DNA of 64,000 nt from a candidate division FCPU426 bacterium. GTDB taxonomy: Bacteria > Oederibacteriota > Muellerivitia > Muellerivitales > Muellerivitaceae. Location of the stretch: NCBI GenBank assembly GCA_963719085.1, contig CAVRAL010000001.1, positions 1,088,001 through 1,152,000 on the forward strand, given 5' to 3'. Shown piece by piece: positions 54,475-64,000 of this stretch (its first letter is position 1; each line of letters opens with the position of its first letter). The notes under the pieces are model-generated. The model had not been told where the DNA came from. It saw only the letters and a list, made by a program, of their open reading frames with translations, and made no database searches. The translations under genes were made by a program, and so were the position numbers.

Positions 54475-54745
54475 ATGCCATCACTTCATCCATTCTTCGT
54501 CTAGAACTTCGTAGTCTTTCTGCAGTTGCGTGTCAAGGGTCATCTCAAGGAGCTCAGTCGCTAGAGCCGTCCAGAAATCGCGCCAATCGTTCCACGGGTT
54601 TGCGGTAGTCGGGCCGACCATAGGTGGCACGCTTCTCAAACACGAATGGCGTTCATCAAAAGAAAAGTCAGATAACTTTATATAAGGAATTTGAAAAATT
54701 GGAGAAGGAAAATATTCACGCGTAAATATAAGGGGCTGACTATTA

Positions 54746-57700
54746 TCAATGAATAATCGCGACTTTCCCGACTTGATTTACTGGGCCACTCCCAATTCGA
54801 AGGGTATAAACATATAATCCGCTGGCTACCGGCGCTCCAGCAATATTATTTAACTTCCACGTCAAAGTGTTTAATCCTGTTTGGCCCTCAACATTAAATT
54901 GGTAAACTTTCTCGGCCGTTAATGTATAAAGCGTCAAATGCATGGTTTCACTTTGAGTTAAATTCACCCCAAATCGAATTGGAGCACCGTCTTTTGAGAT
55001 ATTTGGCATAGCCAACACCGTCATCAAAGGAATATTTGGAGTCGGAGTAATTGTTGGAGTGCCTCTGTTTAGTTCTATGCTTTGACCTCCGATACCCCCA
55101 GGAGTATCTGTCGGAGTTGGAGTTTCCGGAATAATTTGGATAGCGTCAATTTTAGGGACGTTTACGCTTCCAGGCGCGAATTGAATCAATATCAGTCCAT
55201 TTGAATTTGGTCTAATATTATCGAATATCTTATCGTCCGCTTTATATTCCCCACCCGCATCAGAAAAGAGATCAAAATTGGGAAGTAACGTCGTATTGTT
55301 AATTCCGATGTTGTAAATTCTTTGCCCGATCCCAGTCATAAACAATTCGGCCATTTTTAATTTAACCTGATAGCTTCCTTGGGGAACTGGGAAAGCGTAG
55401 GTCACGCCGTTTCCATATCTTTCCTTTTGATATAAGGGCTGATCAGCCGAAACGGGACCAGAAATTGAAGCTGCCGTATATCCTAGATTCAAAGAATTAC
55501 CATAATAATTTTCATCTCCAGCCCATACGTTTCCTGAACTATCCGTGACGTTCGCGAAACTGCCAGATCTAACTCGCCATGTAGTAGGCGCGGAAGGTTC
55601 AGGAATAATTTGAAGCGCGTCAATTTTGGGATTGTCCGCGATACCGGCTGTTAGAGCTACAACAATTTGTCCGTTAGGGTTCGGTAGAACGTTATCAAAA
55701 ACCTTATCATCGGCGATATATTCCCCGCCGGCGTCTTGTACAATGTCGAAATTCGAAAGCATGGTAACCCCATTTAACGCTACATTGAATACTCTCATGC
55801 CTGTATTACTAAAACTGAATTCAGTAAATTTCATTTTCACTTGATAGCTACCAGGTTGAACATTCAAGGCGTAAGTTACAGGCTTACCTTTTCTTTCATA
55901 TTGATAAAGAGCTTGATCCGCGGAAGCCGCTCCAGTAATAGAAGTACTTGTACTGTTTGTTCCAAGAGAAACCCCGGAACTGTATTGATCAGGTTGCCAT
56001 TTATAACCTTGGCTATCTGTAACCGTAGTTCTGGAATTACAAATTCGCCAAGTTGTGGGACTCGAAGGTTCCGGAATTACCTGAAGTCCGCATATCGCCG
56101 GCCAGTTATATTTACCATTTGATAACTGAATCGCAATTTGTCCATTAGCGTTTGGCGTTACATTGTCGATGATTCTGTCATCCGCGACAAATTCTCCACC
56201 TGAATCATAATAAATATCAAAATTGGGATTAAGGATGTTGTTATTTATCCCAATATTGAACTGACGATCATTTGGAGCAGTGTAAAATTCCTCGGCAAAT
56301 TTTAAAGTTACTTGATAGTTTCCATTTGGAACAGGCAGTAGGTAGGTAACCCCACCCGATCCTTTGACATACCGATAATCTTGATAGATCTCTTCATCGG
56401 CAGAATTCACCCCCGTAATAGTATTTGTCACAGAAGCAGTAAAATAATTGGATGCTTCGTAGCTTGTATCCCCGATCCAATAATTGCCCTGACTATCTGT
56501 GAATCCCGCTCCGCCTGAATTTATCCGCCAAACCGACTGTTGATTCGAAGGTTCAGGGATAATTTGAATTGCTTGAATTGAGGGCCTAGAAATGAACGGG
56601 GAACTTAATTGAATCACTATTTGTCCATTTCCATTTGGACTCACATTATCAATTACTTTATCATCGGCTTCATTTGCTCCCACTTCGTTGTAAATGTCTA
56701 AATTGTAAAATTCTATCTGATTGTTTATATAACCTCCAAAAAGTCGTTCCCCCTCTTGGGTTACTGTTCCATCTGTTTCCGCAAATTTTAAAGTTACTTG
56801 GTAGAGTCCAGGCGGAACGTTCGCCACATATCCAACAGGACTCCCTTCAACTGAATATGAGTAAACCGAAGTAACAGAAGCGCCACTTACCGGAGTACTA
56901 TCTGGTCCATAGTCATATATGGTTGTGCCCACTGAGTTTGCCAAATATATAGAATAAACAGAAGACCACGAAACACCATTGCCATCAATAACCGGTGTTG
57001 TGTTCGCACAAACTCGCCAAATACTTGATATAGCCGTGGATGTGCCTGTCGGAGTTGCCATCGGGGTCCAGGAACCAGTTGGGGTAGGAGTAAAAGTATT
57101 CGTAAATGTCGGAGTAATTGTTGGAGTTGATGTGTAAGTCGGGGATAAAGTCATGGTTAGTGTTGGTGTAAAAGTTTGGATCGATCCCGTGCTAGCCGGA
57201 ATGATCTCTATTGATCCAATTAAATTATTTGTACCAGAGTAGCTCAAAATGTACTGCCCGGTTGTAGTTGTCGCGAAATCATCCCCTTCGGCATAGGGGT
57301 TTGGCGTGAAATTCCATCGTTGATTTTGACCAGAAACCGCAGTAATTGCGGCGCCATTTACGTGTTCTGCGAGATCCACAATCCAACTATTTTGATATGT
57401 TGTGGAAATTGTGACCGCTGATGCCGCAGATACAGACGCAGAAGCACCGATTGGGGCTGACTGGTATACCCCATCATAACTCAGCGCCCCTACAAACATT
57501 TGGACAGAACTTGAAGTATGCACAATTAAATTATTTGTTCCACTTGTAGGATTTGCTAAATACCAAACTTCAGTTCCTAATCCCGACCCGGAACTTGTAT
57601 TGCGAAAAGCCTTTATCAATGAAGTCCCGTTATATGTCACTGATGTAACTGACACTGAGCTTGAATGTATCGCCACTTGAGCTAAAAGCAAAGTATTTGA

Positions 57701-60700
57701 TCCGCTAACTGTATGGGATAACGTAACGGTGGAACTTGTGACATTTGTGCTAGTAACTGAGTCAAAAGTAATCGGAAGTGGCGTTGAAGTGATCGTGGGT
57801 GTGCATGTGAATGTGGGTGTGCTCGTATAAGTGTTAGTAATGGTCGCAGTCACCGTTGGGCTCGCGATTTGAGAATACCAAATATCATTCGCGAAGGTTT
57901 CCCCGTTTTGGTCTCCAGCTAATATCCAAATTTTATTATTCGCCACCAAAGAAGCTTGATCTCCTCGCGGAGTAAATCCAGGCGAAGTTGATAACAAATT
58001 CCAATTTATCCCATCGTTCGATGCCCAAACATTGCTCGTATAAATGTTTGGACTTAAACTGGAATCACCACCAATTAAGATTATTTGGCTATTGAAATTT
58101 AAGGCCGATAAGGCAGCAGCATATCGGAATGGAGCGTTCGAGGAATTTTCCGTCCAGTTCAACCCGTCCGACGAAGACCAAATATCGTTGTAAATAGTAT
58201 TGTTTTTGTCATTCCCTCCGATTATCCACATTTCATTATTGAAAACAACAGCTCCCATTCTTTGTCGGGGGCTAAAAGGAGCAATCCCAACTTTGGACCA
58301 TGAAATTCCATCTGGGGAAGTCCAAACATCGTTTGTCACCGGCGCGCCCTTACAACCCCCTATCAAGAAAATCTGACCATTGTATACATAGGAGCTTTGG
58401 AAACTTCTCTTCCCAAAAGGTGCATTCGTAACGGCTTCCGACCAGTTGATGCCATCATTCGATGACCATACATCTGAATATTGAACTAATGGAGAATTAC
58501 TTAATTCCCCACCTATGACCCACATTTTATTATTAAACACAAAAAGTGTATGACCATAACGTGGTCCAAAGGCCGCGTTAGGATTCGCCATCTTCCAATT
58601 AATGGCATCTGATGAGTACCAAACATCATTTTGAGCTCCGTTACTATCTTCACCTCCAACTAACCAGTATTGATTGTTAAAAAACGCAGCTGCAGGTGCT
58701 TTTCGGGCGCTGAAAGGCGCTTGGGCTGAAGCCAGAGTCCAGGCACTTGAAACTATCGCCGGAGTCGAGGTAACTAAGGGCGTAAATGTATTAGTGGGAG
58801 TATTGGTATATGTAGGAGTGAAAACTGTTCCTGTAGGAGTAGGTGTGAACGTGGGAGAATTAGTCATGGTCGGGGAAAAAGTGACTGTTGGAGAAAGTGT
58901 GATTGTTGGCGTCGCAAAAACACCTACGCTGGCCGGCACAATCTCAACCGAATCTATATCACCTGTAAATATTACGGTCCCATAAGTAACACCATATTGC
59001 CCGGCTGAAGTCGTGGGATAATCATCGCCCTCAGCGTCCGGAAGACTAGTAAACTTCCATCTTTGAGTTTGTCCAGATCCCGGTCCAAAATGTGTTGTTG
59101 CATTAGACGCAATATTCGCCAACCTACTGTAATTGTAGGTTGTATTAAAAGTAACAAATGAAACACCTTTACCTAAAGCTGTTGACCCAATTGGCCTAAA
59201 TTGATTTACCCCATCGTAGCTAACTACCCCAACTTGAACAGTTACAGCTGAGGAAAAATGGACAATTAGGTTTTGGGCCCCACTTGGTGGGTTAACCAGA
59301 TACCAGGCTTCCATATCCTGCGTAACACCACTATCAAATTGTTGATTTATTCTTGTCATAGAAACGCCGTTGTAAGTGGCCGATGTAGCCGAAACTGAAC
59401 TAGACCTTGCCACAATTTGCGCCAAAACCAACCCATTAGATCCGCTACAGGTATGTGAAATTGTCACTGCTGAAGCCGCGTTCGCCGTAATACTCGTAGC
59501 CGAATCAAAAACAATGGGCACCAAAGTTTGTGTTGGGGTTGGCGTGATTGTAAAGGTTGATGTGGTGGTGGCCGTTGCCGTTGAGGTAGTAGTAGCGGTT
59601 GGCAAAGTACCTGTAGGGGTTACTGTTGGAGTTAGTGTTACGCTAGGAGTTAAAGTAATAGTAGGAGTAAGGGTAATCGTCGGGGTGATGGTTGGTGTAG
59701 GAGTAGGACTCAAGCCAATTGGACAATAGCCCAATTGATCGACTACATCATTTACCCAATCCGCCACATACCACGAACTGGAGGAGGCCGCGATACCTTC
59801 AGAATCTACAAATGTTGCTGGACCCTGACTGGTGCCAAGCCAACTTCCAACCGACGTAAAAAATCCTATTTCTCCATATCCATCTGAAATTCCAACAACC
59901 CCATTATTTACAGCGACAGATTCCGCGTCCATCAATCCGGTCGTAGTTGTCGCCGCGTTCCACTGAGTAACAGCAGCCCCGGAACCTGTGAATTCCTGCA
60001 CCAAAGCAGTCGTATTATCGGTAACATAAACATTCCCTGAACCGTCCAAAGCCAATCCCCAAGGCGTTTCAAAAGCCCCATTACCGGTTGTCCCTACGGT
60101 TCCCCATTGTCCTAAATAATTTCCGGAATGATCAAATTCTTGAATTCTAGAGTTTTCGCTATCAGCAACATATATCGTGGTCGGCCCCACCGCTATCCCA
60201 ACTGGATACTCAAATTGACCATTACCAGTTCCGATTGATCCCCACTGGTTTATATAGGTTCCTTGATTACTAAATTCCTCAATACGGTTGTTCCCGGAAT
60301 CCGCGACAAATATATTTCCAGAAGTATCTAAACTCAAAGCCTCAGGATCGTTAAATTGTCCGTTTTGAACGCCTTGTATCCCAATGACATTTATCAATCC
60401 ACCGAAAGAATTAAGAACATCCACTTGATCATCAATGTCGTCAGTCCCATAAATATTACTTGAGGAATCCAGCGCCAATCCCATCGGATTATTAACCGAA
60501 ACGGCCATTGACAATGAGCATGGAATATAATTTTGCGTAGTGGCCGGTGTTGGGGTAAAGGTTGGGGTTAAAATGACTACTGGCGGCGAATACCAAGTGT
60601 CATTTTTGAAACCTGAACTATCTTGTCCTCCAATAACCCACATTTGAGGTTCACCGGTCGAAGAGTCATTCGCCACCAAAGCGGACGTCCCACTTCTTGC

Positions 60701-63700
60701 TGAAAAACCTGGCGAGGAATTCGACAAAACCCAAGTTGTTCCATCTGAAGAGACGTAAACATTTTGGCTTAATGTTCCGGAATCACTTCCGTCAATCACA
60801 TAAATTTGATTATTAAATACCAAATCAGAGAATAATTTCAAAGGACCGAATCCAGCATTTGAATTAGTTTGGACCCAATTGACTCCATCGCTTGAGGCCC
60901 AAACATCACTCGCCGAACCAGATCCAGTTAATCCACCAATTACAAACATTTGGTCATTAAAAACAGCCGTACCAAAGGAACTTCTTGGAGTAAACGCTGC
61001 GGCTGAAACCGCCTGGTTCCAATTAGTTCCATCAACTGAAGTCCAAACGTTGTTTTTAATTCCTGTACTTCCAATCCCTCCAATGAGCCACATCGCGTTG
61101 TTAAAAACTAAAGCTCCCGCGTAGGCCCTATTCGCGAATATATGATTTTCAGTTTGAGTCCAATTAATTCCATCTATTGAATTCCATACTTCAGAGTTAT
61201 AATTAGTTCCATCATAACCACCAATAACCCACATGGATCCGTTGTAAACCAAAGCCTGGTGGCCATAGCGGGGAGTAAAGGCAGCATTGGATGTTTTTAA
61301 ATTCCAATTGATTCCATCTGTTGAGGCCCAAACATCATTTTTGGCCCCAGCACTGTCTTGGCCACCAATTACCCACATTTGATTATTAAAATAGACACTG
61401 GCCTGGCCGGTACGAGGAGTGAAAAGCACCCCAGAACTGCCTTGGGTCCAAGATGTTGATATTGAAGCCGGCGTACAAGAGGGAGTGGCCGTAAATGAGT
61501 TAATAATTGTGTAGGTGGGTGTGGGGGTAAAGGTGATTGTTGGGGTAAGTGTTTTCGTTGGGGTATTTGTTGCGGTGGCGAATGGCGAATCAGTAATGGG
61601 GATAATTTCCACGGAATCAATCGCAAAATTTGATTCTGTACCAGTTGTGTAACTTAAAACATTGCTGCCAACATCTCCCGTTCCATAATCATCCCCTTCA
61701 TTGTACCAAACACTATTCTGCGGAAATTCCGCGTTAATCCATCTCGAAATTTGACCAGAAGAAGGAAGTAAATCTCCATTCGGCTGACTTACTTGATAAG
61801 TTTCCTCACTAACAACCCAACTGTTGGCGGCAGTAGTCGTAATCGTAATTGATTCAGAACCATTATTGGATGCTGTAGAACCAATAGCTTGGTACTGATT
61901 TACCCCATCGTAACTAACGGCACCCATAATTATGGTCGATGAAGCTGACGAAAGATTATTCACTAAGTAATGCGAACCACCAGAAGGATTAATCAAATAC
62001 CAAGTTTCGAGCTCATCATTGCCAGTACTATAAACATCTTTTACGGCCCTTGTTAAAGTCACTCCATTATAAGTTGCCGAAGTAATAGAAACTGAACTCG
62101 GCTGTATCCAAGCTTGTTCAAGCAATATGGTATTAGTGCCATTCACCGTGTGTGTCACCGATACCGCTGAATTCGCAGACCAAACTTGGCTAGTTTGTGA
62201 ATCAAACTGAATCGCAAAAGTTGAAGTGGGCGTAGGTGTATTTGTCCAGGTGGGCGTATTCGTGAAAGACAAATTAGGCGTAAATGACCAAACCGGTGTT
62301 TGGGCCGGTGTGATGGAACAAGCTGTGTACTTATCCACGTAGTTATTTAACCAATCGCCCGAATACCATACTCCATTCGCGGCGGCTAAACCTTCGGGAT
62401 CTCCAAAAGTAACGCTTCCCCCCGTGCTAAATCCTAAATAAACCCCTGATGTACTAAACATTCCGACTTGACTTACTCCATCCGAAACATAAACAACTCC
62501 AGTATCACTGTCGACAGCTATCCCTTCGGCTCCGAGCAATCCGTTTTGTGAAGTATTCCATTGGGTAATAAATGTTCCCGATGGGCCAAAAACTTGCAAA
62601 AGAGATGTTGTGTTATCAGTCACATAAACGTTCCCCTGAGCATCCAGAGCGATTCCCCATGGGGTAATAAATGTTCCTGTACCACTTGTTCCAAAAGATC
62701 CCCACTGTCCCAAATAGGCGCCAGCGTAATTAAATTCCTGGATACGAGAGTTTTCTGAATCCACCACATAAATTGTTGAGGGACCAATAGCGATTCCGGT
62801 CGGATAATTAAATTGACCATTTCCCGCACCTACACTTCCCCACTGGCTCAAATACTGACCCTGGGCATTAAATTCTTCAATTCGGTTATTATTAGAATCC
62901 GCGACAAAAATATTGCCACTACTATTAACTCCGATTCCCTCGGGAGCGCTTAAATTCCCATTGCTGGCTCCCGCGCTTCCAAAGTTATTTAATAAATTTC
63001 CGTTGGAAGTAAAAACATTGACTTGATTATTGAGATCGTCCGTAGCATAAATATTCTCTTGGCCATCTAAAGCTAACCCGGATGCGTTTGAAGACGGCAT
63101 AGAATTGGATAAAGTGCACGAAAGTAACATCGGCGTTGAAATAGGGGTCGGTGTCATTGTAATAGTTGGTGAAATTGTGGGTGTTGCAGTTGGAAATAAA
63201 TAAGAAGCGGGGACAATTTCTATCGATTGAAAGTCTGCTTTACCGGTCGAATTGTTATATCCAATGTTATAGCTTCCAATACTGGAAGTCGGATAATCAT
63301 CCCCTTCATAGTTATATCGATTCTGGCCCGCTAAATTAAATAGTTCGATTTGGAACGGGCTAACTGTTGTGATGGGTCCGTTGGTTTCAAACGACTGATT
63401 CAATAGGTAACTGTCATAATACGTATTATTAACCGTGACAGAATCACCTGATGAGGAAATCCCGTTAAATTGAGTAACAGCGCCTATCGGAACCAATTGA
63501 TTAACCCCATAAAGGGTATCGGCCCCAATCGCAAAAGATGCCGCAGCCGAAAGATTAACAGTCAACGTCGCGCTAGTGGAATTCGCACCTGGAGGCATAT
63601 ACCAAGTCTCAAGATCCGCCCCGCCAGCACTATCGTAATCTTGATGAACTTTAGTTAATGTGACACCATCGCATGTCGCCGAAGCAACCGAAACTCCGCT

Positions 63701-64000
63701 TGTTGTATTAATCACCACCTGGACAAATAACGACAATGGGTTTGGTCCTTCAAAAGTTACAGGTTGAATAGAAAGTGAAGAAACAGGAGAATTTAAAGAA
63801 CTAGCGCTGGACTTTTGCCAAAATCCAATCGATCCACCTGGACCCGACGGGGTATTTGTGGGAGTGGGGGGGAATAAATATGTTAATCGGCCACTGTCTG
63901 TTGAAAATAAAACACCACCATTTTCTATCGCAGGTGAAATTTTCGAATCTTTTTGAAACCCTATACTTCCAATGGTCACACCGTTTGATAAATTTAGAGC
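54746..64000 (-). CDS. Giant modular surface/secreted protein (>3080 aa, 5' end outside window): NHL propellers, Kelch-like propellers, four malectin domains, an unnamed repeated domain, Thr/Pro linkers and a C-terminal Ig-like sorting domain
   Basis: Frame open to base 64000. NHL repeats (FNYPTGIAI..IYVVDSENSRIQEF), Kelch-like repeats (FTPR..VFNNQMWVIGG..NDVW.S.DG.NW), malectins (YQVTLKFAE..R.FN..IQIIPE), C-terminal PN..LYTL..ASGLYVY..GKVAIIH. Confidence 0.9.
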   Translation of the reverse strand, partial: ALNLSNGVTIGSIGFQKDSKISPAIENGGVLFSTDSGRLTYLFPPTPTNTPSGPGGSIGFWQKSSASSLNSPVSSLSIQPVTFEGPNPLSLFVQVVINTTSGVSVASATCDGVTLTKVHQDYDSAGGADLETWYMPPGANSTSATLTVNLSAAASFAIGADTLYGVNQLVPIGAVTQFNGISSSGDSVTVNNTYYDSYLLNQSFETNGPITTVSPFQIELFNLAGQNRYNYEGDDYPTSSIGSYNIGYNNSTGKADFQSIEIVPASYLFPTATPTISPTITMTPTPISTPMLLSCTLSNSMPSSNASGLALDGQENIYATDDLNNQVNVFTSNGNLLNNFGSAGASNGNLSAPEGIGVNSSGNIFVADSNNNRIEEFNAQGQYLSQWGSVGAGNGQFNYPTGIAIGPSTIYVVDSENSRIQEFNYAGAYLGQWGSFGTSGTGTFITPWGIALDAQGNVYVTDNTTSLLQVFGPSGTFITQWNTSQNGLLGAEGIAVDSDTGVVYVSDGVSQVGMFSTSGVYLGFSTGGSVTFGDPEGLAAANGVWYSGDWLNNYVDKYTACSITPAQTPVWSFTPNLSFTNTPTWTNTPTPTSTFAIQFDSQTSQVWSANSAVSVTHTVNGTNTILLEQAWIQPSSVSITSATYNGVTLTRAVKDVYSTGNDELETWYLINPSGGSHYLVNNLSSASSTIIMGAVSYDGVNQYQAIGSTASNNGSESITITTTAANSWVVSEETYQVSQPNGDLLPSSGQISRWINAEFPQNSVWYNEGDDYGTGDVGSNVLSYTTGTESNFAIDSVEIIPITDSPFATATNTPTKTLTPTITFTPTPTYTIINSFTATPSCTPASISTSWTQGSSGVLFTPRTGQASVYFNNQMWVIGGQDSAGAKNDVWASTDGINWNLKTSNAAFTPRYGHQALVYNGSMWVIGGYDGTNYNSEVWNSIDGINWTQTENHIFANRAYAGALVFNNAMWLIGGIGSTGIKNNVWTSVDGTNWNQAVSAAAFTPRSSFGTAVFNDQMFVIGGLTGSGSASDVWASSDGVNWVQTNSNAGFGPLKLFSDLVFNNQIYVIDGSDSGTLSQNVYVSSDGTTWVLSNSSPGFSARSGTSALVANDSSTGEPQMWVIGGQDSSGFKNDTWYSPPVVILTPTFTPTPATTQNYIPCSLSMAVSVNNPMGLALDSSSNIYGTDDIDDQVDVLNSFGGLINVIGIQGVQNGQFNDPEALSLDTSGNIFVADSGNNRIEEFSNQGTYINQWGSIGTGNGQFEYPVGIAVGPTTIYVADSENSRIQEFDHSGNYLGQWGTVGTTGNGAFETPWGLALDGSGNVYVTDNTTALVQEFTGSGAAVTQWNAATTTTGLMDAESVAVNNGVVGISDGYGEIGFFTSVGSWLGTSQGPATFVDSEGIAASSSSWYVADWVNDVVDQLGYCPIGLSPTPTPTITPTITLTPTITLTPSVTLTPTVTPTGTLPTATTTSTATATTTSTFTITPTPTQTLVPIVFDSATSITANAASAVTISHTCSGSNGLVLAQIVARSSSVSATSATYNGVSMTRINQQFDSGVTQDMEAWYLVNPPSGAQNLIVHFSSAVTVQVGVVSYDGVNQFRPIGSTALGKGVSFVTFNTTYNYSRLANIASNATTHFGPGSGQTQRWKFTSLPDAEGDDYPTTSAGQYGVTYGTVIFTGDIDSVEIVPASVGVFATPTITLSPTVTFSPTMTNSPTFTPTPTGTVFTPTYTNTPTNTFTPLVTSTPAIVSSAWTLASAQAPFSARKAPAAAFFNNQYWLVGGEDSNGAQNDVWYSSDAINWKMANPNAAFGPRYGHTLFVFNNKMWVIGGELSNSPLVQYSDVWSSNDGINWSEAVTNAPFGKRSFQSSYVYNGQIFLIGGCKGAPVTNDVWTSPDGISWSKVGIAPFSPRQRMGAVVFNNEMWIIGGNDKNNTIYNDIWSSSDGLNWTENSSNAPFRYAAALSALNFNSQIILIGGDSSLSPNIYTSNVWASNDGINWNLLSTSPGFTPRGDQASLVANNKIWILAGDQNGETFANDIWYSQIASPTVTATITNTYTSTPTFTCTPTITSTPLPITFDSVTSTNVTSSTVTLSHTVSGSNTLLLAQVAIHSSSVSVTSVTYNGTSLIKAFRNTSSGSGLGTEVWYLANPTSGTNNLIVHTSSSVQMFVGALSYDGVYQSAPIGASASVSAASAVTISTTYQNSWIVDLAEHVNGAAITAVSGQNQRWNFTPNPYAEGDDFATTTTGQYILSYSGTNNLIGSIEIIPASTGSIQTFTPTLTMTLSPTYTSTPTITPTFTNTFTPTPTGSWTPMATPTGTSTAISSIWRVCANTTPVIDGNGVSWSSVYSIYLANSVGTTIYDYGPDSTPVSGASVTSVYSYSVEGSPVGYVANVPPGLYQVTLKFAETDGTVTQEGERLFGGYINNQIEFYNLDIYNEVGANEADDKVIDNVSPNGNGQIVIQLSSPFISRPSIQAIQIIPEPSNQQSVWRINSGGAGFTDSQGNYWIGDTSYEASNYFTASVTNTITGVNSADEEIYQDYRYVKGSGGVTYLLPVPNGNYQVTLKFAEEFYTAPNDRQFNIGINNNILNPNFDIYYDSGGEFVADDRIIDNVTPNANGQIAIQLSNGKYNWPAICGLQVIPEPSSPTTWRICNSRTTVTDSQGYKWQPDQYSSGVSLGTNSTSTSITGAASADQALYQYERKGKPVTYALNVQPGSYQVKMKFTEFSFSNTGMRVFNVALNGVTMLSNFDIVQDAGGEYIADDKVFDNVLPNPNGQIVVALTAGIADNPKIDALQIIPEPSAPTTWRVRSGSFANVTDSSGNVWAGDENYYGNSLNLGYTAASISGPVSADQPLYQKERYGNGVTYAFPVPQGSYQVKLKMAELFMTGIGQRIYNIGINNTTLLPNFDLFSDAGGEYKADDKIFDNIRPNSNGLILIQFAPGSVNVPKIDAIQIIPETPTPTDTPGGIGGQSIELNRGTPTITPTPNIPLMTVLAMPNISKDGAPIRFGVNLTQSETMHLTLYTLTAEKVYQFNVEGQTGLNTLTWKLNNIAGAPVASGLYVYTLRIGSGPVNQVGKVAIIH

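Noticed and set aside
54625..54640. Third sigma54 promoter (TGGCAC)
   Set aside because: No TTGC at -12 and no downstream plus-strand gene.

Overview
A 64-kb window from a diderm bacterium (it encodes a TonB-dependent receptor and an autotransporter). It has two compositional zones. From 1 to ~51.3 kb the DNA is GC-rich and mostly minus-strand genes: a PilZ protein, cspA, a four-gene glycan-modification operon, small secreted proteins including a DUF3494 ice-binding-type lipoprotein, a 3619-aa glycine-rich autotransporter, a stand-alone rpoD-like sigma factor, a chemosensory cluster, thioredoxin, an ECF41 sigma locus, a catalase-like protein, GAF-GGDEF, AraC and a GH16-malectin enzyme. From ~51.3 kb the DNA is visibly AT-rich. 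This zone starts at a degenerate tRNA-Leu 3' fragment (att-like) and holds a decayed IS3-family element and a >3000-aa modular surface protein that runs off the right end. The strongest candidate for an undescribed system is the chemosensory cluster. A TonB-dependent receptor, a YfiR-family protein and a CHASE8-like/HAMP chemoreceptor sit inside a cheA-cheW-cheY-cheB-cheR-cheX operon. Two near-consensus sigma54 promoters serve it, and each has the same upstream motif at exactly the same distance. The apparent YfiR-MCP fusion ORF is explained by one extra base at 33059. All family assignments come from motifs read by eye; no database search was run. No CRISPR array, rRNA or intact tRNA was seen.
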